From Wolbachia sp. (GTDB lineage Bacteria > Pseudomonadota > Alphaproteobacteria > Rickettsiales > Anaplasmataceae), in NCBI GenBank assembly GCA_051710285.1, contig JBPETD010000001.1:29529-93528 (forward strand): a DNA stretch of 64,000 nt, written 5' to 3'. The translations under genes and the position numbers were made by a program. The notes below the pieces were generated by a model. It was given only the letters and a program-made list of their open reading frames with translations. It was not told the origin of the DNA and searched no databases. How positions within the stretch are numbered: position 1 is the stretch's first letter; each line of letters starts with the position of its first letter. Positions 1-11,228 of the stretch are shown piece after piece.

Positions 1-241
1 CAAAACCTGTAACGTGAGTTGTTTACCGTTCTCTCTTACACCGCTTAATAAGCGAGATCCAGCTAATGTAGACAAAATTTTATAAAGACATGCAGTGTCC
101 ATGCTGCAAAAATTAAACGTAACACGCCTTGTTTTATACTGTGCTTTTGTTACTTAATAGAAAATTAAAGATAAATTCTAGGCCTAAAACACCAAAAATT
201 CTATTTTAAAGAGGACTGACGCAGGTTATCAAGTAGTTTTT
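1..241 (+). repeat. Dispersed intergenic element (family B, subtype 2), truncated by window edge
   Basis: Aligns by eye to the reverse complement of 34757-35000; ends in the family terminus ATCAAGTAGTTTTT. Confidence 0.85.
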
Positions 242-366
242 CTGTTTTATGGGTGAGTATATCTAGAATAGCATTTAGGAGTATGTTATCCATTTTCACT
301 TTTAAATGATAAAAAATTTATTAGTTTATTATACTGTTTTTCATGTATAAATCATAGCAAGTTTAT

Positions 367-1554
367 ATGAAAGGTTGTCTTATGAGCAAAATTATAGAAA
401 TTAGAGCGCCAAAAACTCTAGGTGGCGAATCAGTCACGAAAGGTATAGTCAAAATAAAGAAAAATATTGGCGAATCAGTGAAAGTAGATGATTTAGTCTT
501 TGAAATTGAAACTGACAAAACAGCGCTTGAATTAACCGCAGAGGCTTCTGGGCAAATAACTGAATTTCTTGTAAAAGAGGATGATGTAATAAGCCCAGAT
601 CAGCTGTTAGCGAAGATTTCTGTAGTAGAGGTGAAAGAGGAGATAAGAAAAGAAGACAAAAGAGAAAGCCATGCTAAAAAAGACGCTCCTTCAGCTCGTA
701 AAATTATGGAGGAAAATGCAATCAGCGCAGAAGATGTCAAAGGAACTGGCATGGGAGGCAGAATAACCAAAGCGAATGTAATAGGCCATATAAGAAAAAG
801 TGCAGGAGCTGAACAGCCTGTGGTCAAACTGCCAAAAAGTATAGCAAGTGGTGAGCGAAGAGAAGAACGGGTAAAAATGAGCAAAATAAGACAAGTAATC
901 GCTGCTCGTTTGAAAGCATCACAAAACACTGCTGCAATACTGACCACATTCAATGAGATCGACATGAAGAATGTGATAGATCTTAGGACAAAATATAAAG
1001 AAACTTTTGAAAAAAAATATGGAATAAAACTGGGTTTCATGTCCTGTTTTATAAAGGCAGCGGTGCAAGCACTGAAGGAAATTCCTGAAATTAATGCTGA
1101 AATCTCAGGCAATGAAATCATATATAAACATTACTATGACATAGGAGTTGCTGTTGGCATTGATAAAGGCCTTGTTGTGCCAGTTATTCGGAGTGCTGAC
1201 CAAATGTCATTTGCCGAAATCGAATTGACTTTAGCTGCCCTTGGCAAAAAAGCTCGAGAAGGTAAACTACAAGTATCAGAAATGGAAAGTGCAACATTTA
1301 CTATCTCAAACGGCGGGGTATACGGTTCACTCCTGTCCACCCCGATTATAAACCCTCCGCAATCTGGAATACTTGGCATGCATTCAATACAAAGTAGGCC
1401 AGTTGCTGCAGGAAATACAGTGGAAATAAGACCTATGATGTACATTGCCCTGTCCTACGACCACAGAATAGTTGACGGAAAAGGAGCAGTAACTTTCCTT
1501 GTTAAAATAAAAAATTACATAGAAGACCCAAACAGATTGGTTCTGGAAGTGTAG
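367..1554 (+). CDS. sucB: 2-oxoglutarate dehydrogenase E2, dihydrolipoamide succinyltransferase (start may be ATG 382)
   Basis: Lipoyl motif ETDKT, E3-binding [10 protein letters not shown], catalytic DHRIVDG. Confidence 0.96.
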   Translation: MKGCLMSKIIEIRAPKTLGGESVTKGIVKIKKNIGESVKVDDLVFEIETDKTALELTAEASGQITEFLVKEDDVISPDQLLAKISVVEVKEEIRKEDKRESHAKKDAPSARKIMEENAISAEDVKGTGMGGRITKANVIGHIRKSAGAEQPVVKLPKSIASGERREERVKMSKIRQVIAARLKASQNTAAILTTFNEIDMKNVIDLRTKYKETFEKKYGIKLGFMSCFIKAAVQALKEIPEINAEISGNEIIYKHYYDIGVAVGIDKGLVVPVIRSADQMSFAEIELTLAALGKKAREGKLQVSEMESATFTISNGGVYGSLLSTPIINPPQSGILGMHSIQSRPVAAGNTVEIRPMMYIALSYDHRIVDGKGAVTFLVKIKNYIEDPNRLVLEV

Positions 1555-1559
1555 CTCAA

Positions 1560-3600
1560 AATGAGTTGTTATTAATCTAGTGTTGCTAAAAGCCTAAACA
1601 TTGGCTAATTCTGCCAGTAGTTTAGCAACTTCAAAACGATCAGAGCTATAATACTTCTTAATGATATGTAAAGCCTGTTCAAGTAACTCCTTTTGTTTCT
1701 TATGATCACTTAAAGTGCCATAAGTGATACCTAGGTTTACCAGTGTTTTGGCAGCTTCAAAATTGTCATGACTACAATGCGATTCAAGATAAGTAAGGCC
1801 AGTTCAAGCAACTCTTTTGCTTTCTGAGGATTACATAAAGCATAATAAGTATTATCTAGCTTTGTCAGCGTCTCAGTAATTATAAAGTGATTATGGCCAA
1901 AGTGTTTCTCTCTTGAATTGCTAAGGCTTGTTTAAGTACTTCTTTTGTTTTCTAGGATTGCCTAATCAGAGAATCCATCATTCATCCATACTAATAATTA
2001 TACAAGATAGTCTTTTTCTATTCTATGTTTTATAAAGGTTTTTCTTTTAGCCAAACATCAATATGCGACAGAAATGCTTCTAAGTGCGGCAACAGTTGTC
2101 GTTTTTAGCATAATCTTCTAATTTATCACCATCATAAGAAAGCTTTCTTTTAATAGTTGAAAACGGTTTTTATTTCTTCTGTACTTTTCACTTTTCTCTG
2201 ACTTTAGCCTTGTAACCTACTGAATTAAGTTGTGTACTAACATGCTATGATCTTTTTTGACAGTTACATGGAATAACTTGATAATATTTCCAATGTTTCG
2301 TAGAAAGTTCCTAGGAAGAATTATTTTCTTGATTATCAGCAAATATTTCTAGTAAAAATTGAGGAATAGGACCATTACCTAAGTAAGTACAGACAGTAAG
2401 CCATTTAACTGCTAATGAAGATTCTCTTTTGATTATTTCTATTGCGCAATGTCACATGTAACATATACTATTGCTACAGTCTCTCTATTAGCATCAACTG
2501 AAAATGTTTCAAGCAATGTTTTATCAGATAATGAAGCTCGTTTCTATCATTATATAATTTCATATAGTCTGAAATATTTATATATGTATTCTTTGTATAA
2601 GCGTTTGCTTTGGCTGAAGTTAGAGGTAATGACCTAACGCCTTCGCCAATGTATCTACTTGAGTTATAACGAGTTTTCCTTTTACTTCTAGTATCTTACA
2701 AATGTGGCCCTTGATTCTTCAGGTTCAAAGCACCAACAAAAATAATTCTCTGTGGTTGTTGATAGCCAAAGTTATAACGAGAAGTTAATAATATCTTTCC
2801 TCCTTTTGTAGAAATAAATCTGCTATATCTTTATGATTGAGATCGTTATCATATATCAGTAGCCATCCTGCACGTTTAGAGTATTCTAGCCAGTACTTAA
2901 CATGCTTAGCATGATCCTCTTCGAGGGGACATCTCATTTATAATAATGAATAATGTTTAGTTTACGTTATACTTGATGTACTCGTTAATTAAAGTATTTT
3001 ATCTTTTGCATTAAACCAAATTATCCATTTATATTTTGGAACTTACTCCAAATAAATTCTAATGCTAATTGTGTTTTGCCTGATCTACCTAGTTCATGAA
3101 AAACAACTAGTATTGCTGTATCATTAGCGTCCAAACATTCTTCTATTATATCTAGCAGCACTTCTCTGCCGACAAAGTTATAATTTTGAAATAGACTTGC
3201 CAAAGTTCAGGTAGGTCTTCTTTGGGTTTAAGACTATAAAGATGTTTTATAGCTTCCTTAAAACAATTTGTCTTTCCTTGTTAGATAAGGAATGTTGCTA
3301 ACCTTTTGTGCTAAGCATTTTTCTACTTTGTCATATATACGGATAAAACCTTATAAATATCTTCTCCACTGATATTTTGTATACATTTCCTATTTCTTTC
3401 TTAATAATATGATCTAGTTCTAAATGATTAGGTTGATTAACTACAAACTTTAGTCTAAGTAGGATATCTTCTACTTCATCATCACTACCACAACTAAAGT
3501 ATTTTACAGTTCAGTGCGATTTTTTATTTTGTAGCATGCTTCTCTTTAACCTTTACAAATATTTAAAGTGCTATCATCTAATAGGAATTGCTGAACAAAT
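1560..3600 (-). pseudogene. Degraded NB-ARC/STAND NTPase + tetratricopeptide repeat protein
   Basis: Minus-strand fragments: FVGRE..LGRSGKTQLALEF (P-loop), GWLLIYDN (Walker B), TPR units such as KTLVNLGITYGTLSDHKKQKELLEQAL; many stops and frameshifts; boundaries approximate. Confidence 0.8.
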
Positions 3601-3715
3601 TCTTAAATTCTTGGTTTAAATAAGACTTTCCAAAGATTTCTCAAACTTAATATGTAATTGCTGCATGATAAGTTTAGTAATATAATCTCATATTAAATGT
3701 ACGTTACTTAAGTTT

Positions 3716-6376
3716 ATGTTAGATTCTACGTTGATTTTAACAGTTATTCTTATATTCTTTATTTTTACATTATCATTTCTTTTTATAAGAAAGACATTTG
3801 CGTTAACAAATAAGAAGATAATAAAGTCCTTCAGAAAAATTGCTCGACAGATTAATGCGCTAGAACCAGAAATGCAGAGTTTATCTGATGAGGAGCTTGC
3901 TGACAAAACCGAGAAGTTCAAACGAGAATTGAAAGATGGAAAAACGTTAAATGACCTTCTCGTACATGCATTTGCGGTTGTACGCGAAGCATCGAGAAGA
4001 TTTCTTGGTATGAGGCATTTTGACGTTCAGTTGATCGGTGGAATGGTGCTTCACAGTGGTATGATATCGGAGATGAAAACAGGAGAGGGAAAGACACTCG
4101 TTGCAACTTTAGCTGCGTACCTAAATTCCTTAGAAGGCAAAGGTGTGCACATTGTAACTGTTAATGACTACCTTGCAAAACGAGACTCAGAATGGATGAG
4201 TAAATTATATAATTCTCTCGGGGTCTCTGTTGCATTTATCACGAATAATTTGACAGATGAAGAAAGAAAAGAGGCTTATAGTGCAGATATAGTATATTCA
4301 ACAAACAACGAGCTTGCCTTTGATTACCTGCGGGACAATATGAAATTTTCTCAAGTGGATATGGTGCAAAGAGGTTTCAATTATGCGATAGTAGACGAAG
4401 TAGACTCCATACTCATCGACGAAGCACGTACTCCACTTATTATTTCCGGTCCAGTTGAGGAAAACAATCAGATATATAAGTGTATAGACAAGATAGTAAC
4501 AAAGTTGGTTGATTCTGATTATGAGGTAGATGAAAAGGGTAGGGCAGTATTTCTTACTGAAGATGGCATTTCACGAGTGGAGGAATTACTCAGATCATAT
4601 AATCTTATTCCTGAAAATTCCTCGCTTTATGATACTGGCAACATGGTAATGACTCACTATATAGATCAAGCATTGCGTGCACATAAACTGTTTACTGCTG
4701 ATAAAGATTATATAGTAAAGGATAGTAAGGTAATGATTATTGATGAATTTACTGGGCGTATGATGGAGGGTAGGAGATATTCTGATGGTCTTCACCAGGC
4801 ACTTGAAGCAAAGGAGAATCTTGAAATTCAGCATGAAAATCAAACTTTGGCGTCGATCACATTTCAGAATTACTTTCGTATGTACAACAAACTTTCTGGC
4901 ATGACGGGAACAGCGGCAACAGAGGCAGAGGAGTTTTATGATATATATAAGCTGAATGTAGTGAAAATTCCAACTAACGTATCTGTACAGAGAATAGATG
5001 TTGATGATGAAATTTATGGCACAGAAAAAGAAAAATTTAATGCTTTGTTGAAGTTTATAGAAGAATGCCACAAGCGCCTTCAACCGGTCCTTGTTGGCAC
5101 GGTTAGTATTAAAAACTCTGAAAAACTTTCTGCGCTTTTGCGAAGCCATTCTCTCAAGCATTCAGTGCTAAACGCTCGTTATCACGAACAAGAGGCGTAT
5201 ATAATAGCACAAGCTGGAGTGCCAGGCAGCATTACTATAGCAACTAACATGGCAGGACGTGGAACTGATATTCAGCTTGGTGGCAATGCTGAAATGATAG
5301 CAAAGGTTGAGCTAAATAAGATAAAAAATGCTGATGAAAGAAAAAAAAAATACCAAGAAATAGTCGAGAGAGTAAAAAAAGATAAGGAAATTGCTATAAA
5401 AGCTGGAGGTTTATGCGTGGTTGGAACCGAAAGACATGAAAGCAGGAGAATAGATGATCAATTGCGTGGCCGCTCTGGGCGCCAGGGTGATCCTGGACTT
5501 TCTAAGTTCTTCTTGTCGCTTGAAGATGATTTAATGAGAATATTTGGTTCCGATAGAATGAGAAGTTTTTTGCAGAGGGTGGGGCTAAAGAACAATGAAG
5601 CTATTCATCATCCGTGGATCAATAAGGCGCTTGAGAAGGCACAGAAGAAAGTTGAAGTTCGAAACTATGACGTTCGGAAATCCCTGCTTAAGTTTGATGA
5701 TGTAATCAATAACCAACGCAGAGTTATTTTTAAGCAGAGAAATCATATTTTAGACAATGAAATCAATGATTTGTCTGAAGTCTATAGTGAAGTAAATGAG
5801 AGTGTAATAGAAAGCATAGTGCATAATGATTATTATGAAGATTACATTGAAGATATTGCCAAAGAATTCCATATCTTATATGGAATAACACTTGATAAAG
5901 AAGACTTAGCGAAGTTTTTAAACAAACAAGAAGCTTTAGATTACATAAACAATAAAGTGCAGGAATTTTTCGCCGAAAAGGAAAAATATTTCAATAGTCA
6001 GCAAACCACAGACCTGTGGAATACGGTAGTTAAGCAAGTGATGATTATGACACTTGATCATTTATGGAGGGAGCACCTCTCAATTCTGGAGAGCCTAAGA
6101 CAAAGTATAAATTTGCGTGCTATGGGGCAGAAGGACCCATTGAATGAATTTAAACGCGAAGCTTTTTTGATGTTCGAGTCGATGCTTGAAAAATGGAAAG
6201 AGCTTACAGTTAATCGCCTAGCACACTTTAAGCTAGCAGATAACCAAGAAATAGGTAATAGGTTGCACTCCACTAAAAAGGATGGTTTCCACGAAGTCTC
6301 GAGAAATGACAAATGCCCTTGTAACTCTGGAAAGAAATATAAACACTGCCACGGCGCGGTTACTGTGATAAATTAG
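3716..6376 (+). CDS. secA: Preprotein translocase ATPase SecA
   Basis: [47 protein letters not shown]-terminal [13 protein letters not shown]. Confidence 0.98.
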   Translation: MLDSTLILTVILIFFIFTLSFLFIRKTFALTNKKIIKSFRKIARQINALEPEMQSLSDEELADKTEKFKRELKDGKTLNDLLVHAFAVVREASRRFLGMRHFDVQLIGGMVLHSGMISEMKTGEGKTLVATLAAYLNSLEGKGVHIVTVNDYLAKRDSEWMSKLYNSLGVSVAFITNNLTDEERKEAYSADIVYSTNNELAFDYLRDNMKFSQVDMVQRGFNYAIVDEVDSILIDEARTPLIISGPVEENNQIYKCIDKIVTKLVDSDYEVDEKGRAVFLTEDGISRVEELLRSYNLIPENSSLYDTGNMVMTHYIDQALRAHKLFTADKDYIVKDSKVMIIDEFTGRMMEGRRYSDGLHQALEAKENLEIQHENQTLASITFQNYFRMYNKLSGMTGTAATEAEEFYDIYKLNVVKIPTNVSVQRIDVDDEIYGTEKEKFNALLKFIEECHKRLQPVLVGTVSIKNSEKLSALLRSHSLKHSVLNARYHEQEAYIIAQAGVPGSITIATNMAGRGTDIQLGGNAEMIAKVELNKIKNADERKKKYQEIVERVKKDKEIAIKAGGLCVVGTERHESRRIDDQLRGRSGRQGDPGLSKFFLSLEDDLMRIFGSDRMRSFLQRVGLKNNEAIHHPWINKALEKAQKKVEVRNYDVRKSLLKFDDVINNQRRVIFKQRNHILDNEINDLSEVYSEVNESVIESIVHNDYYEDYIEDIAKEFHILYGITLDKEDLAKFLNKQEALDYINNKVQEFFAEKEKYFNSQQTTDLWNTVVKQVMIMTLDHLWREHLSILESLRQSINLRAMGQKDPLNEFKREAFLMFESMLEKWKELTVNRLAHFKLADNQEIGNRLHSTKKDGFHEVSRNDKCPCNSGKKYKHCHGAVTVIN

Positions 6377-6439
6377 TAGCTGAGATCAGTGTGTGCTCAT
6401 CTACATTGACCTCACTTACTCACTCTATCTGATAAATGC

Positions 6440-6930
6440 TCTGGTTTTATTTGTTGAGGAGGCCCAGATTCTTCCTCTGGTGGTTTTGTTTGTTTATTAG
6501 ATATATACTTTTCACTACTCCGGCAAGCTTAATTGTAGTACCTATTCCAATTGTAGCCACAGTTAAAATAATAGTGCTATAACTCCTATAGATAACAATG
6601 AATTTGCTGTAGTTGATAAGACAATAGAGAATTACCTTGGTTATTGAAGTAACGCCGTATGTAACAATACCAATTCCAGTTATAACGCTCCCAATAAATA
6701 AGCCATCTAGATGCATAATTGTTTTAGTGAATCATTCATATTACGATTATGTGGGCTTGCAGATGGAGGGAGGTTGTGATGAGAATTGCAATTAGTGATA
6801 CTACAGAGATGTGCCTGCCAATGATTACACATATTATCAGAGGTGAAAGACTGGTCAAAGTACTGAGTACAAAAGATCTATTAAAATGCTCACTATAGCC
6901 ACTATTATTACTGCTATTTCCATCATCATT
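6440..6930 (-). pseudogene. Degraded small membrane protein gene
   Basis: Hydrophobic minus-strand fragments (ORF 6447-6716 and ATG-rich start near 6929) broken by stops. Confidence 0.4.
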
Positions 6931-6999
6931 AAATAATTTAAATCAAACACTTTGCTCCTTTTATACTTATAATTTTTTATGGATTTCAATTAATTTATT

Positions 7000-7880
7000 T
7001 TACTAGTAACTCTTACTCTAAGAAAATAAAACCTATGGTGCGGTTACTTTGGTAAGAGCGTTATGGATTAACAGTTATCTTATTACCAGTAGTATCATAG
7101 CTAACCTCACATAACATAACTATTTAATGAGTGCTATGATGACCTCTACCAGATCCCATGGGAAATTCCACTAACTATCAGTGCAGATGTTAAGGTAATT
7201 CCAATTATTGCTAGCGCAGGTAATGTAGTGGCATAAACGAGTGCTAATGTAGTTTACAATGACAGCTAATATACTTATAGTTATTCCCTGTTGTTATAGC
7301 TTTAGGCCTATGAATAAATGATGGATCTGCACCATAATTTAGTAGGAGTTTTAGCTACTTTTGAATTTTTGTAATTTAGCCTTGGTTGTTCACCATGGTT
7401 GTAATAAACAGCATTATATAAAGAAGTCCTTTCGTCTTTATCTTGTACATTAACATCCGCATTGATTTGGTACGTTAGTAGCTCCTTTTTAACAGAAGTT
7501 TCACCATTTCTATTTTATTTCCAAGCTCAACAGCATCATTTAAATGGATTAGTTTATATTGATCATACACATGTTAAAGTTTGCTTTTGCTGCAAGTAAA
7601 ATTCCCGTTACTTGTACATGTCAGAGCTCTGCAGCCCAATGGAAAGGAAAGTTATGATTCACATCAATGCCACTTTTTATCAGAGCTTTTGTTAGCTTTG
7701 CACAATTAAGTTTAGCTGTTAATTGTAGTAAACTACCATATGGGAATTTCTTTAAATCAAAATTGTCATCTTTCTACTGCTTAAACATTCTTCTAAATCT
7801 TTCTTGCTTTGCTCATCTGAATTTTCTTCTTTGAGCTTAGTATCTATTTCAGTTCTTATTTTATTAACTACATTTTCCTT
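7000..7880 (-). pseudogene. Degraded ankyrin-repeat protein with C-terminal hydrophobic segments
   Basis: Fragments GSLLQLTAKLNCAKLTKALIKSGIDVN, HWAAE, GILLAAKANFN, GNKIEMVKLL resemble ANK repeats; frameshifted. Confidence 0.7.
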
Positions 7881-8016
7881 ATTTAGATCTGAGCTATAAC
7901 TGACTGCTAATAGTATTTTATCTAATTCTTGTATTTATAAGCTATAAGACTTTATTGTGGAATATTATAAACAAAATGTCAAGTTTCGGATAATGCAGGT
8001 AACGCAAAGAGACTAA

Positions 8017-9012
8017 TTAGCGCTCTTTGTCATCAGTATCATTTTCAGCGAAAGCTTCTTCCCATGTGCCTTGAGTTGCTGCGCGGCTATATTCTGTTAC
8101 TCTATTTTCAAAGAAATTCGTGTGCTCCACACCATTTAGTATTTCGTCAAGCCACGGGAGGGGATTATGATTAATATCATATATTGGTTTCAGGTCTAAT
8201 TGCGTTAATCGTCTGTTTGCTATGTAACGTATATAATTGCGCACTTCATCTGCAGATAGTCCTTCAACGTCTCCTAAATCAAAAGCAAGCTTTATAAATT
8301 CGTCTTCAAGCTCAACGATAGTGCGACATGCAGAATATAATTCCTCTTTGAACTCGTCACTCCAAATTTTATTATTCTCTTTAATAAACGTGTTGAATAA
8401 ATTGATAATCGAGTTGGTGTGCAAGGTTTCATCACGTGCTGACCAAGCAATTATTTGCCCCATGCCTTTCATTTTTCCAAAACGTTGAAAATTGAGCAAA
8501 ATTGCAAATGATGCAAATAACTGCAGTCCTTCAGTGAAGGCACCAAATACTGCTAGAGTTTTAGCTACATGTTTTTTATCGTGTTTTTTACTTTCCTCGA
8601 ATTCTAACATGTATTCATACTTTTTCCTCATAGCATCATATTTTAGAAATGCTTTATACTCACTTTCTGGCATGCCAATTGTATCTAGAAGGTATGAGTA
8701 AGATGCAATGTGTATTGTTTCCATGTTAGAAAAGCTAGCAAGCATCATGCATATTTCTGTTGGCTTAAATATATTTGAATAATGCCTCATATAGCAGTTA
8801 TTTACTTCAATGTCTGCTTGAGTAAAGAACCTAAAAATCTGAGTTAGTAGATTTTTCTCCACATTCGAAAGTTGAGTTTTCCAATCTTTTACATCATCAG
8901 CAAGCGGAACTTCTTCCGGTATCCAATGTATCCTTTGTTGCTGTAGCCATGCATCATATGCCCAAGGGTAGTTGAATGGTTTGTATATTGGATCTGCTTT
9001 TAATAACGACAT
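8017..9012 (-). CDS. nrdB: Ribonucleotide-diphosphate reductase beta subunit (class I)
   Basis: Diiron ligands in TQAD, ETIH, EGLQLF, DETLH; radical Tyr in HIASY; NFFENRV tail. Confidence 0.95.
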   Translation of the reverse strand: MSLLKADPIYKPFNYPWAYDAWLQQQRIHWIPEEVPLADDVKDWKTQLSNVEKNLLTQIFRFFTQADIEVNNCYMRHYSNIFKPTEICMMLASFSNMETIHIASYSYLLDTIGMPESEYKAFLKYDAMRKKYEYMLEFEESKKHDKKHVAKTLAVFGAFTEGLQLFASFAILLNFQRFGKMKGMGQIIAWSARDETLHTNSIINLFNTFIKENNKIWSDEFKEELYSACRTIVELEDEFIKLAFDLGDVEGLSADEVRNYIRYIANRRLTQLDLKPIYDINHNPLPWLDEILNGVEHTNFFENRVTEYSRAATQGTWEEAFAENDTDDKER

Positions 9013-9144
9013 AGAGCACTTAATTGTTTTCTGAAGTAGATATTATATTAAGCAATATCAAAAATCAGTCAATTTAACTTTTGCAAAATTTGACTACAGG
9101 CAGTTTACTAGTGTATTGTAATTTACAACGATTTATCAATAAAA

Positions 9145-9483
9145 ATGCGAGCATTAATATTTCTTATTTTACTACTTCTAGTAAGCTGTACACACACTAT
9201 TCACAATCACGGAGCTCCGGGCATTAGCGTTAAATTGTGGGATAAGATAAAAATAGGCGATGACAAAGAAAAAGTGGTTCAGGCTTTAGGGTTGCCAACA
9301 TTAGTATCTAAATTTGATGAAAATGTTTGGTATTATATCTCATATAAAATTAAACAGTCTAATTTCTTAGGAAAAAGGAAGTATAGCAGCAAGTCTTTGC
9401 AAATCTCGTTCGATCAGGATGATAGAGTTACAGATATAAAAGAAATTAACGTTGCGGAGAGATTTTTAGCTGTAAATATTTAA
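9145..9483 (+). CDS. bamE: Outer membrane protein assembly lipoprotein BamE (SmpA/OmlA)
   Basis: Lipobox LVSC; IGDDKEKVVQALGLP and WYY motifs. Confidence 0.85.
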   Translation: MRALIFLILLLLVSCTHTIHNHGAPGISVKLWDKIKIGDDKEKVVQALGLPTLVSKFDENVWYYISYKIKQSNFLGKRKYSSKSLQISFDQDDRVTDIKEINVAERFLAVNI

Positions 9484-9767
9484 GAAATTTACTAAACAGA
9501 AAACAGCAAAAGAAACACCGATAGCCCAGTTATTTACTATCTATCATATAATATTGGCGTTTTATATTTTAAACGACTTATAAGCGTGTTTCAGCTTGTA
9601 TAGGTAAAACTAGAAGTTTTAAGAAGACGTGAAGTGCATATAGTACAAAATTAAACATAGTATGCTAGATACACTAAATTTTTTCATTTAACCCGCACAG
9701 ACTGAAGATAAATAATAGCTTCAACCTTGTGGTAGTGGGTTTGGGAGGAACCTGTCAAGTAGTTTTT
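9464..9767 (+). repeat. Dispersed intergenic element (family B, subtype 1)
   Basis: Shares AACGACTTATAAG..TATAGGTAAAA..AAGACGT core and GTCAAGTAGTTTTT end with 30892-31240 and the 55980-56290 module. Confidence 0.85.
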
Positions 9768-9852
9768 GTTTCTGTCAGCTACCTAAATAACGGCTAGAAT
9801 TGTATAATAGTTGTACTGAAATCCAGTTTTTCGTACAATTTAACTAAAAAGT

Positions 9853-11178
9853 ATGAAAGGCCTATATGTCAAGACTTACGGCTGTCAGATGAACGTTTAT
9901 GACTCCGTTTTAATGAAAAATATACTTAAACCGCTGGGGTTTAATGTTGTTGACGACGTGGAAAAAGCTGATTTGGTAATATTGAATACCTGCCATATTA
10001 GAGAAAAAGCAGCAGAAAAGCTTTATTCAGAGCTTGGTAAGATTCATTCATCACGAAAAAATAAAGAAATTATTATAGTGGTAGCTGGATGTGTAGCACA
10101 AGCAGAAGGCGAGGAAGTGTTCAGAAGAGCTCCATTTGTGAATATCGTTGTTGGTCCACAGAGTATCGCTGCCCTGCCAGAGCTGATAGTTAAAGCAAGC
10201 AGAAGTAAAGGCCATGTGATAAATATCGATTTTCCTGAGATTGTAAAGTTTGATAAATTATCAGATGAGTGTTACAGCAGTAGCCAAGGGTCCTCTGCGT
10301 TTCTCTCCATACAAGAGGGTTGTGATAAGTTTTGTACATTTTGTGTAGTTCCCTACACTCGAGGGGCTGAATATTCGCGGCCAGTAAATAAAATATTCCG
10401 TGAAGCGCTAAAATTAGTTGCAAATGGAGCAAAGGAAATCAATTTGCTTGGTCAAAATGTCAATGCTTACCACGGGGAATGCGAAGGAAAAATATGGGAT
10501 TTAGGGAAATTAATTGGTCATATCGCTAAAATTGAAAAGCTAGAAAGAATCAGATATACGACCTCTCATCCCCGAGATATGCATGGATCTCTCTACTTGG
10601 CGCATGCGGAAGAGCCGAAACTCATGCCATTTATTCACTTACCTGTACAGTCAGGTTCGAATAAAATATTACGCATGATGAACAGAAAACACACTGCGGA
10701 GGAGTATTTGGAGATAGTAGATAGATTGTGCAAATTGAAACCTGAAATCAAATTTTCTGCTGATTTTATCGTTGGTTTTCCCGGTGAAACAGAAAAAGAC
10801 TTTGAGGAAACTATGAAGCTAGTGAAAAAAGTAAAGTACGCTCATGCTTATAGTTTTAAATATAGCTCAAGGCCGGGGACGTTAGGAGCAGAAAGGAAAG
10901 ATCAAGTACCAGAAGAAGTTAAAACAGAGCGCCTTTTCCGTTTACAGAAGCTAATTAGTGCACAACAACTCGAATTTAATCAGAGTGTGGTAGGCAAGAC
11001 TATTCCTGTTCTATTTGGTAATAAAAAAGGAAAATATCAAAACCAAATTATTGGTAAAAGCCCATATATGCAATCAGTTTGCATTGATGATCCTGAAGAT
11101 AAATATAGAGGCAAGATAGTAAATGTGAAGATATTGGAAGCTAGGCAGAATAGTTTGCTAGGGCAGGAATACTTTTGA
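9853..11178 (+). CDS. miaB: tRNA-2-methylthio-N6-dimethylallyladenosine synthase
   Basis: TYGCQMN, NTCHIRE, radical [23 protein letters not shown] domain. Confidence 0.96.
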   Translation: MKGLYVKTYGCQMNVYDSVLMKNILKPLGFNVVDDVEKADLVILNTCHIREKAAEKLYSELGKIHSSRKNKEIIIVVAGCVAQAEGEEVFRRAPFVNIVVGPQSIAALPELIVKASRSKGHVINIDFPEIVKFDKLSDECYSSSQGSSAFLSIQEGCDKFCTFCVVPYTRGAEYSRPVNKIFREALKLVANGAKEINLLGQNVNAYHGECEGKIWDLGKLIGHIAKIEKLERIRYTTSHPRDMHGSLYLAHAEEPKLMPFIHLPVQSGSNKILRMMNRKHTAEEYLEIVDRLCKLKPEIKFSADFIVGFPGETEKDFEETMKLVKKVKYAHAYSFKYSSRPGTLGAERKDQVPEEVKTERLFRLQKLISAQQLEFNQSVVGKTIPVLFGNKKGKYQNQIIGKSPYMQSVCIDDPEDKYRGKIVNVKILEARQNSLLGQEYF

Positions 11179-11228
11179 ATTTGTGATTTTCTAGAAAGTC
11201 ATATATTCTTTGGATTTATTTAGTTAGA

